Positions 61,611 to 64,000 of a stretch of DNA of 64,000 nucleotides are shown one piece after another (the stretch's first letter is position 1; each line of letters starts with the position of its first letter). The translations under genes and the position numbers were made by a program. Origin of the DNA: Octopus sinensis (lineage: Eukaryota); NCBI RefSeq assembly GCF_006345805.1, contig NC_043004.1:2356001-2420000 (forward strand), written 5' to 3'. The notes beneath the pieces are model-generated. The model saw only the letters and a program-made list of their open reading frames with translations, made no database searches and was not told the origin of the DNA.

Positions 61611-62958
61611 TCTTGTTGTCAGGCGCTAGATAATGTACACGCTACCATACAAGAGATCAATAAAATACACGGGGTGGCCCTGTGTACTCAGAGATGAATC
61701 AGACTGAATCGCCCAAAACAAAATTATTGCGTACTCACACAAAAAACATATTTATGTATATATGTAGGTATGCATGTAATGCATGCATATATGTATATAT
61801 ATATGTGTGTATGTGTGTGTGTCTGTGTGCACCTTGGCATGTATATCTATACTCTATGCAATTAGACACACACTTACATGTATGTACGGACGTCTTCAGA
61901 AGTTTAAAATTGATCTTCTCCATACCACATTATTCCTAGTTAGAGATTTGTCTTTTAAATGGTTTCGAATATTTTCTTTCGTATTCGATGCAAATGAACC
62001 AATGTAAATTTAACCGACGTAGGAAATAATCCATCCGACCATCTTCGGCACGCTAACTTAGATATGCTTATTCATCAATTCTGATTTTTTTTTTCTCTTG
62101 ATACGAAATCTATTTGTTGTATATTCATTACGACTAACAAAATATCAATAAGGTATTATTTAAGTGTAAGGGATAAACTACATTTTAATCATGATATTTT
62201 TCCGTAATCTTTTGACGCTTATTAATATTTCAGTATTAAACTCCAATCATCACATATATGCAGATATCATTTTCAATAGGATTTGACAATACGAGCAAAA
62301 TCATAGGGAAAAAAAGCAGAGAAAAAAACAGAGAAAAAATCAAGCCTGAATTACATACAAAAAACCCCAACATGTAAGTTCTTATGATTCCTGGTATGCT
62401 TTACAAGGTCATATATAATTTTTAAATGCAGTATATATTGTAAAATATCAAGTTTATATAAAGCTGATATTCTCCAGCAAGATATTATTAACAGAAAATT
62501 ACAATAAGAATCTCTATTCAACTGAAGGATACAGGCTGTAATTTTTATATTAATTATTTATTATACGGCTGTACCAAAAGAGAACGTACACCATATTTCT
62601 ACATTCCGCTGATCAATTATCCTATAAATATTTATGGTAATGTATACATAGGTGACGATGAATTATATTAATATATTTGCATGCTTAACTGATCCTACTA
62701 TATAGCGTATCGTATAGATTATTTCAGAATAATATCTTTAATATCGCACGAAAATTGTTTGCGTACATATACAACAAAAGTTGTACAAACAACGCGCATG
62801 AGACTCAGAAATACGCAGACAAAACTATGCACACATACACACACACATTCATATAAATAAGTATACATATAAATACGCATATACTGACGCATACACAGTC
62901 ACTTACACAGACAGATGGGCCCATATAAGGATATATATATATATATATATTTGTAAGC

Positions 62959-63036
<78 letters not shown>

Positions 63037-63612
63037 GCTTACAAATATGCATGCAGACAAACAGGCAATACACATATATACATAACATGGCACCGTCAAC
63101 ATCAGACATGCAGGCGTAGAGGACGTTTTTTAAAATGCATTTTTTTAAAAAGTGTTTTCTTACAATAATGCTTACTGCCGCCTAAATCAGTCTCTGGTTT
63201 ATTTCTCTTCTTATGAATAATCAAAATACCTTTTACCTTCCAACGTAGCTTGATTCAGACGGAATTACAAAACATATCTTAAACCGATGTCGCTCGTACG
63301 ATCATGGCTGATGTTGATATCAACAGCACCAACATCGCGATACCAACAAAAGCAGTATTAGGACACCCTTGAGTTATTTCAAATGAGACATAAGTACTTT
63401 TCGCACTTTATTTGTTCTTCACATTTAAAATAAGGTCTCCTTCGTATTTCTGGAAATGCTCATAATCACCTTGAATCATTTCATGAAGAAGAATTCTATG
63501 ACAAATTTCCCCTAAACTTAACATATTTTACAGCAAACAACTTCGGTAAGAAGCGTCGTTTCTTTGCACAAAAAGTGCATATTACTGATAATAATTGCTA
63601 TTCTTATTACTG

Positions 63613-64000
63613 AGGCGTAGGAGTGGCTGTGTGGTAAGTAGCTTGCTTACCAACCACATGGTTCTGGGTTCAGTCCCACTGTGTGGGACTTTGGGCAAGT
63701 GTCTTCTACTATAGCCTGGGGCCGACCAAAGCCTTGTATGTGGATTTGGTAGACGGAAACTGAAGGAAGCCTGTCGTATATATTTATATATATTTCTTTG
63801 TGTGTGTGTTTGTGTGTCTGTTTGTCATCCCAACATCGCTTGACAACCGATGATGGTGTGTCTACGTCCCCGTAACTTAGCGGTTCAGCAATAAGTACTA
63901 GGCTTACAAAGAATAAGTCCTGGGATTGATTTGCTCGACTAAAAAGGCGGTGCTCCAGCATGACCGCAGTCAAATGACTGAAACAAGTAAAAGACTAAAA
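63613..64000 (+). mobile_element. SINE family A, full length
   Basis: Same head, body and tail as 46048-46427. Ends at the window edge. Confidence 0.93.

Noticed and set aside
62000-62060. CCGAAGA followed by a hairpin on the minus strand
   Set aside because: There is no GAAA directly after the hairpin.

Overview
AT-rich eukaryotic DNA with no confidently identifiable host gene. The SINE families and the dense (TA)/(CA)/(GATA)/(TAA) microsatellites look most like a cephalopod (octopus-type) genome; this is inference from recognising the repeats, not a database result. Nearly all ORF-track entries are microsatellite read-throughs. The recognisable protein remnants all come from transposable elements: CR1-group LINE, RTE LINEs, two Tc1/mariner transposases, a Penelope element (RT plus GIY-YIG), and a roughly 10 kb nest (30.1-40.3 kb) of R4/Dong-clade retrotransposons (RT plus restriction-like endonuclease) sitting in (TAA)n arrays. 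Three points stand out. (1) A ~550 bp non-coding repeat with no evident tRNA head occurs 4 times; it shares the (TAA)n target, the polarity and a short 3' motif with the Dong elements, so it is a candidate Dong-mobilised non-autonomous element. (2) About 11 minimal type I hammerhead ribozyme motifs lie on both strands, most with palindromic or near-palindromic helix III; two are in the arms of an inverted Penelope duplication. (3) There is a 65 bp x ~34 tandem array and several foldback elements. All alignments and folds were done by eye, and TE boundaries are approximate.
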